From the IMG/VR virus record IMGVR_UViG_3300028188_000468, positions 1 through 38,099 of that record: a DNA stretch of 38,099 nucleotides; one strand, 5' to 3'. Positions within the stretch are counted from its first letter, which is position 1. The number at the start of each line of letters is the position of its first letter. Shown in pieces: positions 28,778 through 38,042 of the stretch. The DNA is from a virus (Duplodnaviria; Caudoviricetes). Both the position numbers and the translations under genes were made by a program. Below the pieces are notes generated by a model. That model was given only the letters and a program-made list of their open reading frames with translations. It had not been told where the DNA came from and searched no databases.

Positions 28778-30310
28778 ATGACTGTTGAAAATATTTTGAC
28801 AAGGTTCAGGTTAAGAGAAGATCGCATGTGGACCCCTTTTTCCAATTGTTTTATTGGGGCCCATGATACGCAGAGAAGAACCGTTTTATTCGGCTTGTAT
28901 GCCAGTGGATTTGAAAATGGGTTTGTATATCTTACGGAAATCTCAACGGAAAGGTTGCTGCAAATCGTCGCGCAGTATGATTCAAACATGGCCGCGCTTG
29001 ATGCTGATCAGCAAAGAACAGTCCTTGAAATCGCTGCTAAAAAGTATATGGACCTCTTGGGACAACAAATCCATGCACAAAAAATGGATGTTCTACATTC
29101 AAAGATTAAGGCAGAGGAATTGGAGTTTGACGCTAAAGAAGCGGCCTTGGAGGCGGATGAAAAAGCCATAGAAACATTACGGGAAAAACTTCTCCAGGCA
29201 CAGACAAAAGCAATTGCAGACATCGCTATCATTGAAGCCAAAATAAGTGAAGAGACAATCAAACAGAATTATGTTGAAGTTGATATCCTTGAAAAAGAGC
29301 TTGCAGTAACGAAAACAGAGCTTAAAACTTCTCAGGCTGGGATTAGAGGCTTGGAAATACAGTTGGATATTCAGAATGAGGCCACCAAACAATTAGAATA
29401 TTCCGTTGACCGGCATAATTATCAACAGCAAATAGATTTGGTCCCGGAAGATGCAAAGGATCTTGAAGCCGCTGGCTTAAGCCTGGATGCCCAGATATTG
29501 GGTTCTGCAACGGATAAAAGCTTATTGGATGCAGGAATTGCAGAAATTCAAAATCGAACGGCCAATACACTTATCGATGTCGTATCGAAGGGCGTTGATA
29601 CTTCTCTCCTTGACGTTGATATTGCAAAGGCAAACCTTGATATTGCTATGACCGATGTAGAAATCGAAAAGCTTAAAACAAAAACGGCCTATGAAACAGC
29701 CAAAAAAACTGACTTGCAGACAGATACAGCACTGGTAGATGTTAAAATTGCTCAACTGCAATTAGATACAGACAAGGCGGGCGTGCAATTATCTGAAATA
29801 GGCGTTGATATGGCCATGCTTGATACAAAGATGCTTAGGACGACACTCTTGGGCCTTGATAAGGAGATTATCCAGATCCGGGAAAACAACATGGCTTATG
29901 AAATCCCGAGCAAAAAACAGGCTCAACTTGATCTTATTTCAAAACAAATTGAAGTGTTAGAGGCCAAGATAACCGCATCTGAAGCGTACAAAGTTCTTGA
30001 AACATCTATGCAGCTTTCCAGGACAGACAAACAAAATGCTGAACATGATTATCGAATGGGCATCGCCGTCTTGGATGAAGACCTTTCCCTCCATAGAGCA
30101 GATGTTAAAATTTTAGGGTATTCAAAAGATGTTGATATCGCAAACGAGCAACAAGATTTTCAGGAAGACGGAGATGAGGAACAAATTAAAATTCCTTTGG
30201 CTCAGATTGAAGCTGCAAGCGATTCTAAAAACGCGGCCATAGATGCAGCCAAAACCATGGCAACTGCCAATATAATCAACACACTGGCACATCAAATAGG
30301 AACATCGTAA
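28778..30310 (+). CDS. Coiled-coil internal virion/ejection protein
   Basis: Long heptad/14-aa periodicity (VDTSLLDVDIAKAN); TAAGGAG RBS. Confidence 0.6.
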   Translation: MTVENILTRFRLREDRMWTPFSNCFIGAHDTQRRTVLFGLYASGFENGFVYLTEISTERLLQIVAQYDSNMAALDADQQRTVLEIAAKKYMDLLGQQIHAQKMDVLHSKIKAEELEFDAKEAALEADEKAIETLREKLLQAQTKAIADIAIIEAKISEETIKQNYVEVDILEKELAVTKTELKTSQAGIRGLEIQLDIQNEATKQLEYSVDRHNYQQQIDLVPEDAKDLEAAGLSLDAQILGSATDKSLLDAGIAEIQNRTANTLIDVVSKGVDTSLLDVDIAKANLDIAMTDVEIEKLKTKTAYETAKKTDLQTDTALVDVKIAQLQLDTDKAGVQLSEIGVDMAMLDTKMLRTTLLGLDKEIIQIRENNMAYEIPSKKQAQLDLISKQIEVLEAKITASEAYKVLETSMQLSRTDKQNAEHDYRMGIAVLDEDLSLHRADVKILGYSKDVDIANEQQDFQEDGDEEQIKIPLAQIEAASDSKNAAIDAAKTMATANIINTLAHQIGTS

Positions 30311-31732
30311 ATGGAAAACCTTTGGTCAAAAGGAATAGAAACTGCTTCAGGCGTTGATTTATCCAAAGAAGGGCAAATGTCCGGATCTTTGTCTAATCGC
30401 CTGGTCCAGCTATTCAGGATGGCAAATGAAACCAAAGGGTTTACTTATGCCCCTATTGCCGTTGACCCTGGGGATTATATTCGGATTGGAGACGATGGGA
30501 CGCCGGGCCTGGCATTATCCCTGCCAATTGCTTATGACGTCTGGTATCTGTGGAAAACGGTTAATGTTCTTTCTGATAATGAAGAAGATCAGCTTCTTTT
30601 TGCTCAATTAGTTTTAGATCCATTATTAACCAGGCTTGGAGGGATTACGCCGATTAGAATGGTGCCTAAAGAAGTGTTGGCGCCAGATCCAAACTCATTA
30701 TTTCCAATAGACCCACCGGACCTTACTTTTTTCCAGGACAAGGGGTTCTATTTTGTAAAGGAAATGCGGTTTGAAACTTTTATTAAAGATCGATCACCTG
30801 AATACCCATCACCAGGGCCTCAAAGAATTACCCAAGATGGAATGGATAAACAGGGCATGGGGCAGGGCGACGTTTATGCAGGATACCTTGCTTTCCCGGT
30901 CGGTTCTCTTGGAGTCATGGAAACTATATCTTTTGTTTGTGACAGTCTCCTGGATGTTATTGAGAAAGATGGCCAGGAATATGACGGTACCTACGATGCT
31001 GTTTCAGGCAATGGCCTGCTTCCCCCTGTTGAATCACAGGCGGGCCAATGCAAGGGATTATTATTATATGACGAGGCGTATCTTAGAACCTGCATCGATG
31101 CCGAATACCCGGCAGCCGAAATGCAAGGCCAGTCTTCTATTGCCCCTCATAATTGGTTAAGGCTTTGGCTTGATAAGGAAAATACTTATCCGATCCCCGG
31201 AGAGTTTGTCGGGATCACTGTAAAACCCCTGGCTGTTCCACCCCATTGCTGGTGGTTCCAGGAAACAAGCCCGCTGCTTTATTCCGGGAACTGGTTTGAA
31301 ACCGATTATTACACATCCGGTATTGTTCTGGCCGTTATTAAAAATACTGATGAAGGGCACTATGAAGCATCTGAAGTGTCTGACGAACATTCGCAAAGAA
31401 CCGGGTACGGTGATTATATCGTTTCTGTGGGTGACGTATTCCTGCTTCCTGGAATTGGCAACATATACAAGGTTCGTGTGAAAGATCAGGATTTATATCT
31501 GAAAAGCACTGACTTTAAAGAATACCAGGCCAATGAAAGGGTGGCCATTGCCAAAGGTATCGGCATTAATATTAACAATTTTAACTGGACCCAGCTTACG
31601 CCCGGGAAAATGATCCCAGGAGAAACCGTGGACAGCAGACAGGATTATGATTTGGTTATGTCCGGTCAGTTATTTGAAATTAATTCAACATGGGTGATAG
31701 CACCCATCACATTTTATGAGGATAAAACATGA
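30311..31732 (+). CDS. Hypothetical virion protein (473 aa)
   Basis: Abuts the previous stop and overlaps the next gene (ATGA); no family recognised. Confidence 0.7.
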   Translation: MENLWSKGIETASGVDLSKEGQMSGSLSNRLVQLFRMANETKGFTYAPIAVDPGDYIRIGDDGTPGLALSLPIAYDVWYLWKTVNVLSDNEEDQLLFAQLVLDPLLTRLGGITPIRMVPKEVLAPDPNSLFPIDPPDLTFFQDKGFYFVKEMRFETFIKDRSPEYPSPGPQRITQDGMDKQGMGQGDVYAGYLAFPVGSLGVMETISFVCDSLLDVIEKDGQEYDGTYDAVSGNGLLPPVESQAGQCKGLLLYDEAYLRTCIDAEYPAAEMQGQSSIAPHNWLRLWLDKENTYPIPGEFVGITVKPLAVPPHCWWFQETSPLLYSGNWFETDYYTSGIVLAVIKNTDEGHYEASEVSDEHSQRTGYGDYIVSVGDVFLLPGIGNIYKVRVKDQDLYLKSTDFKEYQANERVAIAKGIGININNFNWTQLTPGKMIPGETVDSRQDYDLVMSGQLFEINSTWVIAPITFYEDKT

Positions 31733-32511
31733 ATTTGAATTCGGTGTTAGACCAGGCATGGGATTTTTTGGAGGAATCTTTAAAACAGAAACAGACAAAT
31801 GCCAAAATGGAGAATGACAGGCTGACACAGCTCGGGCTTGAACAGGAAAAAACCAAGAGGATGAACATGTCTTCACAGGAAAAAATTCAGAGGCTTATGA
31901 ATAAAGGCCTTATTGATAGACAAGAACTTGTGAATTCCGGAGCATTGTCACATCAGCAGCTTCAAAATTCCGGGCTCATGGATAAAACCGAACTTGAAGG
32001 CCAAAACAAGCTTGAAGGACAAAGATTGATGAATACGGGTGCCACCGATGTTGAAAAGGAACGGGGTGCCTGGGATTATAAAAGGTCAAAGCTTGATGCT
32101 GATACTGATTTAAAGGTTGAGGCATCAAAAAGCAGAACCGCAAGGGAAAAGTCCAATTTTGTTTTAGATGAGTATGGAGCCGATGGTGTTAAGATTGGTC
32201 AAAAACTTGCCAACCCATACAAAAATGCGATTGGCAGGTCTGACCCGGAAGAAATTGACAACGACAATCAGATTGATAAACTTTATGGTGCAGAAAAGAA
32301 ATTGCCACTATCGTCATCCGGTTCCACGCAAGACCCGCTCCCTGGAGATATGTCATCCATGGGGAGACATACAAATTCCCGATCATTGCAGCAAACAACC
32401 AACCATCCAGGGATCTCCAATCCGGCAATTGGTAAAACTCCGCTTGTCGGGTCATATGAAGACAAGAAAAAAAGATCTTTTAATCAACCACAAAGAAGGA
32501 TGTTCTCATAA
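31729..32511 (+). CDS. Putative DNA pilot/ejection protein with 11-aa repeats
   Basis: IQRLMNKGLID RQELVNSGALS HQQLQNSGLMD KTELEGQNKLE GQRLMNTGATD; low-complexity C-terminus. Confidence 0.55.
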   Translation: MNLNSVLDQAWDFLEESLKQKQTNAKMENDRLTQLGLEQEKTKRMNMSSQEKIQRLMNKGLIDRQELVNSGALSHQQLQNSGLMDKTELEGQNKLEGQRLMNTGATDVEKERGAWDYKRSKLDADTDLKVEASKSRTAREKSNFVLDEYGADGVKIGQKLANPYKNAIGRSDPEEIDNDNQIDKLYGAEKKLPLSSSGSTQDPLPGDMSSMGRHTNSRSLQQTTNHPGISNPAIGKTPLVGSYEDKKKRSFNQPQRRMFS

Positions 32512-35500
32512 TGGCTGCTTTGTCAGACCGGACCATTAGATATTATCATGATTTAATAAATGATAATCCTGAAAGAGATAGGACAGCTCTTGTTGAGGGG
32601 ATTAAACATTTCCATAGAAAAGGCAATGAGACACAGTTTTATCCTACAGTTAATAAGCTGGAATATGAAGGTCGGAAAAAAATGGATCTTCAGGAAGAAC
32701 AGGTCCGGGAAAAGAAAGATAGTGAACCCGGAGATATAATGACCGGCCTGAAACGTGGGGTTCAAACAAGTCAGGCCATGTTATACGGGTCAACGGCTTT
32801 GGTTGGTCGTGCCATGGAAGGTGCCGGTATGGATAATGCCGGTGCCGCCACGAAAGAGTGGGGGTTAAAAGGCTATCAGAGGAATATGGCCGAATCTGAA
32901 AAGTATAAGGCTAAATATAGTTTTAAAGATGTCTATACCGGGAAAACTGGTTTTGGAGGGGCAATTGATTGGGCACAAGGTACTCTTGGCGAACTGGCTC
33001 CCTCCATGGCTGAGGCTGCCGTTGGAACCTTGATAGGAACTCTGGCCGCTCCTGGAGCCGGAACTGCTATTGGTGCATTTGGGGCAAGGACTCTTTTAAA
33101 GAAGAGCATTAATAAATTAACCAAAGAGGCAATTGAATCAGGTGTTAAAGGTGTAACAGAATCCCAGCTCAAAAAGCAGATCACTGGCCAGGCATTGAAA
33201 AAGTTAGGTGGCAGGATCGGTATGGGTGCTGCTGTTATGCCTTTGGAAACTGGTGGTATGTACGCAGGTCTGCTTGAAGAACATGGGGTGGATGCTCCTT
33301 TTACAGCCTTGCTATTTGGTGCAGCGGCTACGTCTCTTGAGTTCTTTGGCGGCAATTCAAGGCTTATTGACAACCTTGTGGGAGCTATAGGAAAAGGCCA
33401 GAGCGGTTTAATAAAGAGAACTGCAAAAGAAATCTTAAAAGGTGTTCCGGAAGAGGCTTTCCAGGAAGGTGCCCAGGAAATTATGAGCATCTTGAATACC
33501 GTTGTTAATACAGATGAAAAATTGCTTACAGTTAAAAATTTTGAATCTATTGTCGAATCCGCTGCCGCAGGTGCAGTAGGTGGCGGTGCTGGTGCAGTTG
33601 TATCCGGTGTATTATCCAAGGGTTCAAAAGACAAGGGTACGGATAAAGAAGATGGGGATGATACCAAAGGTCCGTCCGATGCTGAAAAGATACTCATGGA
33701 TGAAGAGGACCTGGGAAAGTCAGCCGAGGATTTTTTAAAAGATGACATCATGGAACACGAGGATGATGTCCGGGCAGCCTCTGAATTCACTGATGAAGAA
33801 CTTGACCAGGTTATCAGCAAACCTGATGATGCAGACATTGCAAAAAAAGAGGAAAAACCTTCTGAAAAAATTTCATCCGGACAGACAGTATCATGGGTGA
33901 ATTCTTCGGGGAAAATAATTACCGGCACAGTTGATTCCCTTGGTGCAAATGCCGCTTCCGTTAACGGTAAAGATGGGAAAAAATATCGGATAGGTGTGGA
34001 TAAATTTAATATTCAGGATGCCAAAGATCAGGGCGAAACTCTTTTGAAAGATGATGTTCCTGAAACAGATTTTACAAATAAGACCGAACCAGGAAAAATT
34101 AATGCAGTAAAGAAAGCTATCAGTAAAACAGAAAATGGAGATCCCCAGGTTGAAAAAACGCCTTTAGAACAAAAAGAGATTTCCCTTTCTCCTGATCAGG
34201 GTGAAAATAAACTGCCCGATGAATTTTCTCCTGGTAAAACTGTTTCCTGGGAAACCAAAAAAGGCAAAGAAATCTTTGCCACTCTCGTAAGAAGAGACAA
34301 AAATGATAGATGGCATGTGGAAAAATCAGATGGCAAAAAGGCTATTGTTGCTCAGAAAATTTTGACCATATCTGATAATTTAATCAATTCCGACAAAAAA
34401 GCCCCGATAGACGCCAGGCTGCCGCAAATGCCAAATTCAAAAGAAGAATCAGAACCCTGGGAAATGAGCCAGAAAGAATGGACGGACGGCCATATAAAGT
34501 CACCCGCTATGCACAAAGATCATGTAAAAAAAGCCATTCAAGACGGCAAGATCAAATCCCATCTTGATTATCCCGAATTGACGGTAAAAGAAAGCCAGAT
34601 ATCCGGCCAAAAGGATAAGCCAGAATCGATAAAAACACCTGAACGCAAACCAGGCATAAAGGGCGGCAATGGCAAGGCGTTCCTTAACGATAATTCAGAA
34701 ATAGAATTTGTTTATGAAATAATTGACTCAAAAGATCTTGTCACATCTCATGATGATAATATGGCAGTCAACCCAGAGTTCCCTGCAGAACTGCAGCCAA
34801 GGGAAAGAAGCCGTAAAGCATCACTGATGCAGGTAGAAAGTATGGCAGCAAAACTCAATCCAGAAAGATTAGGATCAAGCTCAAGCGTATCTCAGGGTGC
34901 ACCTATCGTTGGCGGTTTAAATATAGTTGAGTCTGGAAACGGTAGAGTGCTTGCAATCAGGAAAGCTTATTCCGGTAAGTCTGGAAAACAATATAAGAAC
35001 TGGCTTATTTCCAAGGCCATGGATTTTGGTGTTACAGATCCCGCATTGAATAAAATTAAAAATCCGGTACTGGTCAGGAGAAGGACAACTAAGATAGATG
35101 ACCTTGCCAAGTTTACTCAAAAAGCGAATGAAGCAGATACGGCCAAGTTAAGTTCAACCGAGCAGGCTGTTGTGGATGGAGGTAATTTAACCTCAGATGA
35201 TTTGTCAACATTCCGTCCATCCCAGGACGGGGATCTGACCGCTGCAACAAACAAGGTTTTTATTGACCGATTCTTGGGCAAAATGAGTCCAGAAGAGCAG
35301 TCAGGATATCTCACTGAAGATGGCAGAGCAAACAAACAGCTTGTTGATAGAATGCAGGCCTCCATTTTTCAAAAGGCATATGGGTCAGACGAATTATTGA
35401 AAATGGCGGCAGAAGAAGCAGACCCGGATATAAAAAATATTCTTAACGGCATGACAGCCGCTGCAACAGAATTTGCGAAAGCAAAAGGATTGGATGAGGA

Positions 35501-38042
35501 AATTGCAGATCAGGTTATTATTGATGACCTTATTAAGGGCATATTGTATCTCAGGCAAGCTCAAAAGGAATACCCGAACCTTAAATCGAGCAAGGGCGGT
35601 ACAAAAGCCCAGGCGCAATTATCGCAAGCGCTTGCCCAACAAGATATGTTCAATTCCGAGATATCAGAGGATGTCAAACAAATATCATCTTTCCTGGCGG
35701 AGAATATCAGGAGCGGAAAAAGAATAGGAGAATTTATTTCGGCTCTTGGAAATTATTTAAGAAAAGGCATTTCTGACTTGAAACAAATGGATATTTTTGA
35801 GAAAAAAGAGGGGTTAAGTTCTTCTATACTAATCAGCAAAGCTTTAAAAAAACTGGAGAAAAAATATGAAGACAAACAAAGAAATCTTTTTAGCCAACAA
35901 ATTATCCGAGAGCCAGAAAAGCCGTTTTATGGAACTGATCATGAAGCAGGCAATGGACAAGGCAAACAGGAAAGATATTCCAGACGAACCTCTTCTGAAG
36001 ATGCCAAAGAAACCCAAGTAAAGGAGCCGACAAGTGAAGCACCCAAACAACTTGATTTATTTGAATATCAAGCAGCACAACTGCCTAAGATCAGGATCAC
36101 GGGCAAGCTGCGAACCAAACAGGAAGTATCAACTACCTTTGCAGGAAGAGTGGATATTGCCGAAACCGGCTACATTATACAAAGTCCACAAGACGCAGCC
36201 ACATTCTTATCCCACCTTGTTGTAGAACCTCACGAAAACGCATACTTCCTATCGCTGGATGAAGACGGAAAAGTCCTTGAAGTTATTAGACACGCCATAG
36301 GGGTCAAAGGCTCAAGCCCCATAGATTCCATATCTGCAATTGGTAGATCCTTTAATCTTGGTGGTGTCAAGCGCATCGTTTTTCTTCATAACCATCCTTC
36401 CAACAAAACAGAACCTTCTCCCTCTGACAAAAATATCATAATTCAACTGAGTGATATCGCTGCCCTGCGAAAGATAGATATCATCCCTATGATAATTGGG
36501 AATATGGAGTTTGCGACATTTGATAAATATGGAAATACATCTGCCCCGACACCTATCAAGGATACTGTTAGTAAAATAGATGTCCCAATCAGGGAAAGGA
36601 TATTCACAAAACGGGTAAAAAGAACTGACCCTGTGTTCCAAGGCCATGATGATGCGGTTAAAAGATTTAAAGACGAAGAAGACGGGTTTTTGCTTCTTAA
36701 TTCCAGCAATCAGGAAGTGGGGTTCCTGCCTTTCCCGTCCGGTCTTGAGCAGAGAGAAATTACAGCCAGACTCTTAGCCGCTATAGAGAAAACAAATGCA
36801 ACCTCCATACTTATAAATAATAAACCGCCTGCCAACGCAACCGGGAGAGAGGATTTTTTTGAACGACTGTCCGATGCTCTACTTGATAATGGTGTATCTC
36901 TTTTTGATATTTTTTCTTACACAAAAACAGGCCATGTCAAAAACAACCCGCAGGATATCAGAAGAGATCCTTATTTCTCCATGGAGCAAATGAATCGGTC
37001 AGGGATACAGTTCTCCACAGTTTCATACGATGAATTAACCGCTGCCCAAAAAAAATTATACAACAAACGTCTAAAAGAATTGCCAGAAGAAGTTTCTGTC
37101 CAGATACAATCGAATATAAAGAAATTTAAAGGCACTTCTTGGGAAAAGCAGGCCACTGCTGGGTTGCTGGTCAGGCAGGGGATAAATGATTTGTTATCAG
37201 GAAAAGACACGAATGATGAAAACCTCAAAAAGTCTTCTATTGTTAAAGAAATTAAAAAGAACGGTGAAGAAGGTATTTGGAATTATATAATTTCAAAACC
37301 GAGTGGTATGATAGGGCATCCTGTAAAACCAGTAAACAGCATCAATAGTTCGTTTTCCAATTGCAACCCGTCAAAAGCGTGTGCCAAATTCTGTTATGCC
37401 ACAAAAGGGCATTATGTTTATGCTTCAAACATTATTTCTGGGGAAGTGACAAATTGGGCGATTGAAAAAGATCCTGTCCGGGCAGCGAACATTGCAGCCA
37501 ATCATTATACAGTGATGCTTGATTTTAAGCTTAAAAAAGCGTTGAGGCTCCTTGATAAAGGGGACTTAGGCTTGAATTGGATTCCGTTTATAAAACAGCT
37601 TAACATTAGAGGAATCCGGGTCCAGGTTTTTTCAAAGCGGCCTGAGTTGTTAAGCCAGGTGCCAAAGCAGAATTTACGGTTGCTTTCGATAGATGAAACT
37701 AACCACAAGTTGGCGGATCAAAATCCGGAGCTTCAGGTTGCATACGCCTATGATGGTAGCCAGAAAAGTATAGATTGGTTAGTCTCGCATAAAGACCAAA
37801 TTCAATTGATTCTACCGGTTAAAATTGGTAGAAAGGTTCTAAACGAAGAAAAACTTAAAGCATTGCCTGCCTGGGCAAAAAGAAGATGTTGCCCTGTTAA
37901 TTCAGGGGCAAAAAAGATTAAATCAAAAGACAATATTGCCGGGTGGACTTGCGCTCAATGCGACAAAGACGGCGGCATTGGATGTTTCAGGGGTCAATCT
38001 GCGCCTACCCCCAATCTTAGACCACGAGACAAGATTTCTTAA
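32511..38042 (+). CDS. Large polyvalent/ejected protein (Gly/Ala hydrophobic N-terminus, SH3/KOW-like repeats, ddrB-like ParB, JAB/RadC, GP88-like Cys-rich domain); probably 3'-truncated
   Basis: ELQPRERSR...GAPIV...VESGNGR (ddrB-ParB); SPQDAA...HENAY...HNHPS...PSPSD (JAB); CNPSKACAKFCYATKGHY and CAQC...GC (GP88-like). Confidence 0.85.
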   Translation: MAALSDRTIRYYHDLINDNPERDRTALVEGIKHFHRKGNETQFYPTVNKLEYEGRKKMDLQEEQVREKKDSEPGDIMTGLKRGVQTSQAMLYGSTALVGRAMEGAGMDNAGAATKEWGLKGYQRNMAESEKYKAKYSFKDVYTGKTGFGGAIDWAQGTLGELAPSMAEAAVGTLIGTLAAPGAGTAIGAFGARTLLKKSINKLTKEAIESGVKGVTESQLKKQITGQALKKLGGRIGMGAAVMPLETGGMYAGLLEEHGVDAPFTALLFGAAATSLEFFGGNSRLIDNLVGAIGKGQSGLIKRTAKEILKGVPEEAFQEGAQEIMSILNTVVNTDEKLLTVKNFESIVESAAAGAVGGGAGAVVSGVLSKGSKDKGTDKEDGDDTKGPSDAEKILMDEEDLGKSAEDFLKDDIMEHEDDVRAASEFTDEELDQVISKPDDADIAKKEEKPSEKISSGQTVSWVNSSGKIITGTVDSLGANAASVNGKDGKKYRIGVDKFNIQDAKDQGETLLKDDVPETDFTNKTEPGKINAVKKAISKTENGDPQVEKTPLEQKEISLSPDQGENKLPDEFSPGKTVSWETKKGKEIFATLVRRDKNDRWHVEKSDGKKAIVAQKILTISDNLINSDKKAPIDARLPQMPNSKEESEPWEMSQKEWTDGHIKSPAMHKDHVKKAIQDGKIKSHLDYPELTVKESQISGQKDKPESIKTPERKPGIKGGNGKAFLNDNSEIEFVYEIIDSKDLVTSHDDNMAVNPEFPAELQPRERSRKASLMQVESMAAKLNPERLGSSSSVSQGAPIVGGLNIVESGNGRVLAIRKAYSGKSGKQYKNWLISKAMDFGVTDPALNKIKNPVLVRRRTTKIDDLAKFTQKANEADTAKLSSTEQAVVDGGNLTSDDLSTFRPSQDGDLTAATNKVFIDRFLGKMSPEEQSGYLTEDGRANKQLVDRMQASIFQKAYGSDELLKMAAEEADPDIKNILNGMTAAATEFAKAKGLDEEIADQVIIDDLIKGILYLRQAQKEYPNLKSSKGGTKAQAQLSQALAQQDMFNSEISEDVKQISSFLAENIRSGKRIGEFISALGNYLRKGISDLKQMDIFEKKEGLSSSILISKALKKLEKKYEDKQRNLFSQQIIREPEKPFYGTDHEAGNGQGKQERYSRRTSSEDAKETQVKEPTSEAPKQLDLFEYQAAQLPKIRITGKLRTKQEVSTTFAGRVDIAETGYIIQSPQDAATFLSHLVVEPHENAYFLSLDEDGKVLEVIRHAIGVKGSSPIDSISAIGRSFNLGGVKRIVFLHNHPSNKTEPSPSDKNIIIQLSDIAALRKIDIIPMIIGNMEFATFDKYGNTSAPTPIKDTVSKIDVPIRERIFTKRVKRTDPVFQGHDDAVKRFKDEEDGFLLLNSSNQEVGFLPFPSGLEQREITARLLAAIEKTNATSILINNKPPANATGREDFFERLSDALLDNGVSLFDIFSYTKTGHVKNNPQDIRRDPYFSMEQMNRSGIQFSTVSYDELTAAQKKLYNKRLKELPEEVSVQIQSNIKKFKGTSWEKQATAGLLVRQGINDLLSGKDTNDENLKKSSIVKEIKKNGEEGIWNYIISKPSGMIGHPVKPVNSINSSFSNCNPSKACAKFCYATKGHYVYASNIISGEVTNWAIEKDPVRAANIAANHYTVMLDFKLKKALRLLDKGDLGLNWIPFIKQLNIRGIRVQVFSKRPELLSQVPKQNLRLLSIDETNHKLADQNPELQVAYAYDGSQKSIDWLVSHKDQIQLILPVKIGRKVLNEEKLKALPAWAKRRCCPVNSGAKKIKSKDNIAGWTCAQCDKDGGIGCFRGQSAPTPNLRPRDKIS

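Larger units (their letters stand above)
5410..38042 (+). mobile_element. Podovirus-like lysis/packaging/morphogenesis module (prophage late region or GTA-like element)
   Basis: About 28 co-directional ORFs in the order lysis, TerS, TerL, portal, scaffold, capsid, adaptor, nozzle, fibres, ejection proteins, with many ATGA/TAATG overlaps; no tail tube or sheath recognised. Confidence 0.9.

Noticed and set aside
13714-32511. Contractile injection system or tailocin
   Set aside because: No sheath, tube or baseplate wedge recognised, and a full head and packaging set is present.
32933-33928. 331-aa antisense ORF (also 27736..28332 and 12817..13350)
   Set aside because: Overlaps well-supported plus-strand genes and has no recognisable motifs; codon-bias shadows.
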